Assembly (NCBI GenBank): GCA_964632485.1
Contig: CAZWDO010000009.1
Coordinates: 12,850-76,849, forward strand
Direction: 5' to 3'
Origin: an uncultured bacterium
GTDB taxonomy: Bacteria > JAGOEH01
Length of the DNA: 64,000 bases
Shown here: positions 60,422 to 64,000 of the stretch, one piece after another
How the letters are laid out: every line of letters begins with the position of its first letter
Position numbering within the stretch: the first letter of the stretch is position 1
The notes under the pieces: generated by a model
What the model was told of the DNA's origin: nothing
The model's input: the letters and a program-made list of their open reading frames with translations, nothing else
The model's database searches: none
Position numbers and translations under genes: made by a program

Positions 60422-62377
60422 TTAGTAATAGGTGAGTTGTTCCAGCATATCTTGAGGTAATTCGTACAAAAATGAAGAGGGTTGGCTATCGAAAAAGTTA
60501 TTCCGCCATCTTTTTTGTTTCGACATGGAAAGGTAAACCTTTTCTTTAGCGCGCGTCAGCGCCACATAAAAGAGCCGGCGTTCTTCTTCTATATCTTCCG
60601 GGTTGTTTTGATTATGGTGGAGGGGAAACAGTCCATCTTCCATGCCGCAGACAAATACTACCGGAAACTCCAATCCCTTGGCGCAATGGATCGTCATCAT
60701 GGTAATCCGTTCATTATTCAAATCCGCCCGGTCGATATCGCTTTGCAGGCGGATTTGATTGAGAAAATCGCCGATATCGACACTCTCATTCCGTTCCTCA
60801 TAATCATAGACAGCGTTTAACAATTCGTTTATATTATCGAGCCGGCTCTGATTTTCAACGGTCAAGTCGTTTTCATATTGCATACTGTACCCAACGGCAT
60901 TATCTACTTCCTGGATTATTTTTCCAAGCGGTTTACGCCCCAATTCTAAGCGGAATGCTTCGATTATCTTTAGCAGTTCCTGCAATTTTTTTTTAATTTT
61001 GGGTGAGAATTGATCGACCAGTGAGGCGTCACTTAAAATTCGGTAAAGCGACGGATGAGAGGGTGAGCGGAATTGGAGCAGTTTATCAAGTGTCGCATCG
61101 CCGATTCCCCGTTTTGGCTCATTGATAATACGCAAAAATGCCAGGGTGTCGTCGGGATTGTAAAGTACACTCAGATAGGATAAAAGGTCTTTTACTTCTT
61201 TCCGTTCATAGAAGCGGAATCCACCGATGATGGTATAGGGGATTGGAACTTCGAATCGTCGACAATACTCTTCAAGGATACGGGATTGAGCATTGGTTCG
61301 ATAGAATATAGCAATATCGGAATAAGCGCGGTAATTATAAGTGACCTCTTTATAAATTTGCGTGACTAAAAAGCGCGCTTCCTCGTGTTCATTGGCGGCA
61401 GTAAATACAGATAATGGTTCTCCTGTCATACCCTCCGTCCAGAGTTCCTTCCTTTTGCGGTTCTTATTTCGATTTACGACATGGGAGGCTGCTGCCAGGA
61501 TTGTCTGGGTGGAACGGTAGTTTTGCTCAAGTTTGAAAATTTCCGCATCCGGGAAATCCGACTCAAACTCCAGGATATTGCGAATGTCGGCTCCCCGCCA
61601 ACTATAAATTGATTGATCATCATCTCCGACTACACATAGATGCTGATGTTTTTCTGACAATTGTCTGACGATCAAATACTGAGGATAATTGGTGTCCTGA
61701 TATTCATCGACCAGGACATATCGGAATTGGTTTTGGTATAACTCCAATAAATCCGGGGAACTTTTCATGATTTCCAGATATACCTTGAGGAGATCATCGA
61801 AATCTAATGCATTGTTTTGTTTTAGCAACTCGTCATATAATTGGTAATAATACTGATAAAACGCGCTATGGTGCATTGTATAATGAGTTAAAAAATCGCC
61901 CGGGACAATTAATTGAGTTTTAGCGCGTGAAATGATCTGTCCAATCCGGTAAAAATCGATTTTTTCCCGTTCAAAGGGAATATCCGTGTCAGCTATACGC
62001 TTAAGAAGTGTTTTCAGGGCAGATATTTTATCGCTGTCATCATAAATCAGAAAGCGTGATCGATAGCTGGAATGCCGTTCAATATGACGTTGCAGAACTT
62101 TATGGGTAAAAGAATGGAAGGTACTGATCCACAATTGTTCACAGGGAATATTCAGCATTTGCTCAACGCGGGATCTCATTTCAGCGGCGGCTTTATTTGT
62201 AAATGTCAATGCCAGAATTTCATGGGGAAAATACCCCAATTCCCGCACCAGATAGGCGATTTTATAGGTGATAACGCGCGTTTTTCCACTACCTGCGCCT
62301 GCCAGTATCAGTTCCGGCCCCTGGGTGTATTCTGCCGCCTGGCGTTGTTGAGGATTCAATTCATTCAGGTATTCCAT
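60422..62377 (-). CDS. uvrD: UvrD/PcrA/Rep-family SF1 DNA helicase
   Basis: LNPQQRQA, AGAGSGKTRV, TFTNKAA, DEYQDTN, VGDDDQSIYSWRGA, QNYRST, YRTNAQSR, KGLEF, EEERRLFYVALTRAK. GGAG RBS favours ATG 62377. Confidence 0.95.
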   Translation of the reverse strand: MEYLNELNPQQRQAAEYTQGPELILAGAGSGKTRVITYKIAYLVRELGYFPHEILALTFTNKAAAEMRSRVEQMLNIPCEQLWISTFHSFTHKVLQRHIERHSSYRSRFLIYDDSDKISALKTLLKRIADTDIPFEREKIDFYRIGQIISRAKTQLIVPGDFLTHYTMHHSAFYQYYYQLYDELLKQNNALDFDDLLKVYLEIMKSSPDLLELYQNQFRYVLVDEYQDTNYPQYLIVRQLSEKHQHLCVVGDDDQSIYSWRGADIRNILEFESDFPDAEIFKLEQNYRSTQTILAAASHVVNRNKNRKRKELWTEGMTGEPLSVFTAANEHEEARFLVTQIYKEVTYNYRAYSDIAIFYRTNAQSRILEEYCRRFEVPIPYTIIGGFRFYERKEVKDLLSYLSVLYNPDDTLAFLRIINEPKRGIGDATLDKLLQFRSPSHPSLYRILSDASLVDQFSPKIKKKLQELLKIIEAFRLELGRKPLGKIIQEVDNAVGYSMQYENDLTVENQSRLDNINELLNAVYDYEERNESVDIGDFLNQIRLQSDIDRADLNNERITMMTIHCAKGLEFPVVFVCGMEDGLFPLHHNQNNPEDIEEERRLFYVALTRAKEKVYLSMSKQKRWRNNFFDSQPSSFLYELPQDMLEQLTYY

Positions 62378-62389
62378 ATTCACTCCGCG

Positions 62390-63706
62390 TTAGCTCATAA
62401 TTCGAAGCAAATCATTAAAAATTACAAATAAAGAGAGCATGATGATAAAACCGAGGCCGATATACTGAATAACCTGGCGTTGTTTTAGAGTAAGTTGACG
62501 TTGGATGATCGTTTCTACCAAAATTATAAAAATATGTCCGCCGTCCAGAGCCGGAATGGGTAATAGATTAAGCAATCCCAGATTCAGGCTGATCAGAGCC
62601 ATGAACGAGAATAGGCTTTGCCAACCTGCCTGGGCCATTTTGCCAGAAAGCTGCGCGATATAAATGGGGCCGCCCATGTGCTTCGCAGATATCTCGCCGC
62701 CCAGAAGCATTTTGAGAAATTGCATCATTTGCGCAAGCGCATTCACACATTGTTGAAGGGATTGCTGAAATCCTTCAAAAATACCCAAACTTTTTTGAAT
62801 AAAAGGAAGCTGCCCCATAATCCCGATCACTCCGATGGTTTTTATTGAGCCATCCGCCTGTGGCATTTCCCGCGATTGAGGGACAACCTGGGTAGTACAG
62901 ATTTCCCCATGCCGGTTATAGACCAGCAGCAGGGTATCCTTGGCATAGGGACTGATTTGTGCTTTCAAGTCAGCAAATGTAGTGGTTAATATATTCCCAA
63001 CTTCCACGATTCGATCACCGGCTTTCAATCCCGCTTTTTCTGCCGGGGACTGGCTTTCGACCTGGTCAATGATGGTATTCATCATGGGAGTGATCCCGAT
63101 ATCACCCTCTTTCATCGTTTCTATGAGATCATTTTCCGCGGTAAGCGTTATCTGCCGGCTGTCGCGGATAACTGTTATCAGTTGGTTTACAACCGCATCG
63201 GTGGATAGCGCCAGGATAAGCTCATCCCAGTTACTGATGGATCGATTGCCCACAGCGATCAGCGAATCGCCATTTTTCAAATCCCAAACTTTGGCCAGGC
63301 CCTGAGCAGGCTCGCTTACTTCAATGCGGGTTGTGCTGATAATGGTTCGTCCTTCCACCATCAGGATAATCCAGAATAAACAAACGGCTAAAATAAAATT
63401 CATCATTGGCCCGGCGGCAATCACCGCGGCTCGAATCCATGATGGCTTGCTTAAAAACTCATCCTCCCTGCCGATCAGTTCGTCCTGAGTGGGATCCTCG
63501 CCGGCCATCTTCACATAACCACCCAAGGGTATTGCAGATAGGCAATACTCAGTTTCTCCCCATTTTTTTCGTAGCAAAATGGGTGGATAACCCAATGAGA
63601 ATCGTTCCACTCGTATTCCTGCCCACTTTGCCACCATAAAATGACCCAATTCGTGAAAAAAAACTAAAACTCCGATAACAAATATTGCAGATAAAATTGT
63701 GACCAA
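62390..63706 (-). CDS. rseP: RIP metalloprotease RseP with two PDZ domains
   Basis: HELGH, GGYVKM, AGPMMNF, two PDZ segments, NLLPIPALDGG. GGAG RBS before TTG 63706; the track's extension to 63913 looks non-coding. Confidence 0.95.
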   Translation of the reverse strand: MVTILSAIFVIGVLVFFHELGHFMVAKWAGIRVERFSLGYPPILLRKKWGETEYCLSAIPLGGYVKMAGEDPTQDELIGREDEFLSKPSWIRAAVIAAGPMMNFILAVCLFWIILMVEGRTIISTTRIEVSEPAQGLAKVWDLKNGDSLIAVGNRSISNWDELILALSTDAVVNQLITVIRDSRQITLTAENDLIETMKEGDIGITPMMNTIIDQVESQSPAEKAGLKAGDRIVEVGNILTTTFADLKAQISPYAKDTLLLVYNRHGEICTTQVVPQSREMPQADGSIKTIGVIGIMGQLPFIQKSLGIFEGFQQSLQQCVNALAQMMQFLKMLLGGEISAKHMGGPIYIAQLSGKMAQAGWQSLFSFMALISLNLGLLNLLPIPALDGGHIFIILVETIIQRQLTLKQRQVIQYIGLGFIIMLSLFVIFNDLLRIMS

Positions 63707-63737
63707 TGAGAACTCCTTTTTATAATTTTCGTATTCA

Positions 63738-63765
63738 AATATACGTTTTTTTTTGAAAAAGTCAA
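63738..63765 (-). promoter_or_regulatory. Sigma70-type promoter for rseP-uvrD
   Basis: Minus strand TTGACT-N16-TATATT. Confidence 0.55.
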
Positions 63766-63821
63766 TATGCAAGGAACATTTTACTCTAAAAATCGTATTA
63801 GCATGAAAAGGAGCCAACCCC

Positions 63822-64000
63822 ATGAATAGAACACCCCTTAATTTTATGATTTTACTTTTGATTCCCTCACTGCTTTTTGGCATTGACAAGACAATTACAC
63901 TGACTACAAACAAAGAATCCAGAGTTGTATTTAAAACGATTCATGTTAAAGAAAAAACTGAAATCGGACTAAATGTCAGAGTGAGCAAAAATGTCCGTTT
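63822..64000 (+). CDS. Start of a secreted protein, truncated by the window end (absent from the ORF track)
   Basis: AAGGAG RBS, ATG 63822, open to the end: MNRTPLNFMILLLIPSLLFGIDKTITLTTNKESRVVF... Confidence 0.6.
   Translation, partial: MNRTPLNFMILLLIPSLLFGIDKTITLTTNKESRVVFKTIHVKEKTEIGLNVRVSKNVR

Noticed and set aside
60422-62377. UvrD shorter than full-length PcrA, considered as a pseudogene or defence helicase
   Set aside because: All SF1 motifs are intact in one frame, only a C-terminal accessory region seems absent, and the context (rseP, pyrF) is housekeeping.
1-64000. CRISPR arrays, tRNA/rRNA/tmRNA/RNase P RNA, IS elements, stop-codon reassignment
   Set aside because: No spaced direct repeats, cloverleaf or rRNA signatures, or transposase motifs were seen by eye; recognisable genes end at expected positions under code 11. 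tRNAscan-SE and Rfam scans were not run.

Overview
Bacterial chromosomal window (genetic code 11, diderm, Shine-Dalgarno-using). The many T9SS/FlgD-type C-terminal sorting domains, TonB-dependent receptors with CarboxypepD_reg N-termini, a PorV/PorQ-family barrel and a Bacteroidota-style ECF sigma suggest an FCB-superphylum lineage, probably outside the classical Bacteroidota (inference). Left to right: a minus-strand cell-surface-signalling locus (TPR histidine kinase, REC-PP2C regulator, STN-type TonB receptor, lipoprotein, ECF sigma, FecR, truncated CARDB protein); a leuS-nifU-nifS-lon-phoH2 run; an unknown 448-aa protein; pdxA-like and nhaC; an Fn3-array secreted protein; an RND efflux triad; cheZ-lpxH-cysS-hypothetical; acyltransferase-yciO-rimO-TIM barrel; an M6 protease followed by a tightly coupled TonB receptor / 1040-aa secreted protein / PorV-PorQ-family barrel / structured leader / 731-aa secreted protein locus; an ankyrin protein and a KamA-type radical SAM enzyme; an M19 dipeptidase with an internal sorting-domain-like module; an AT-rich divergent Cro/CI-like HTH pair; pyrF, a TPR protein, uvrD/pcrA, rseP and a truncated secreted protein. 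No rRNA, tRNA, CRISPR array, transposase or integrase was recognised. The best candidate for an undescribed system is the locus at 39.6-52.2 kb. All domain calls come from motif recognition by eye; no database search was run.
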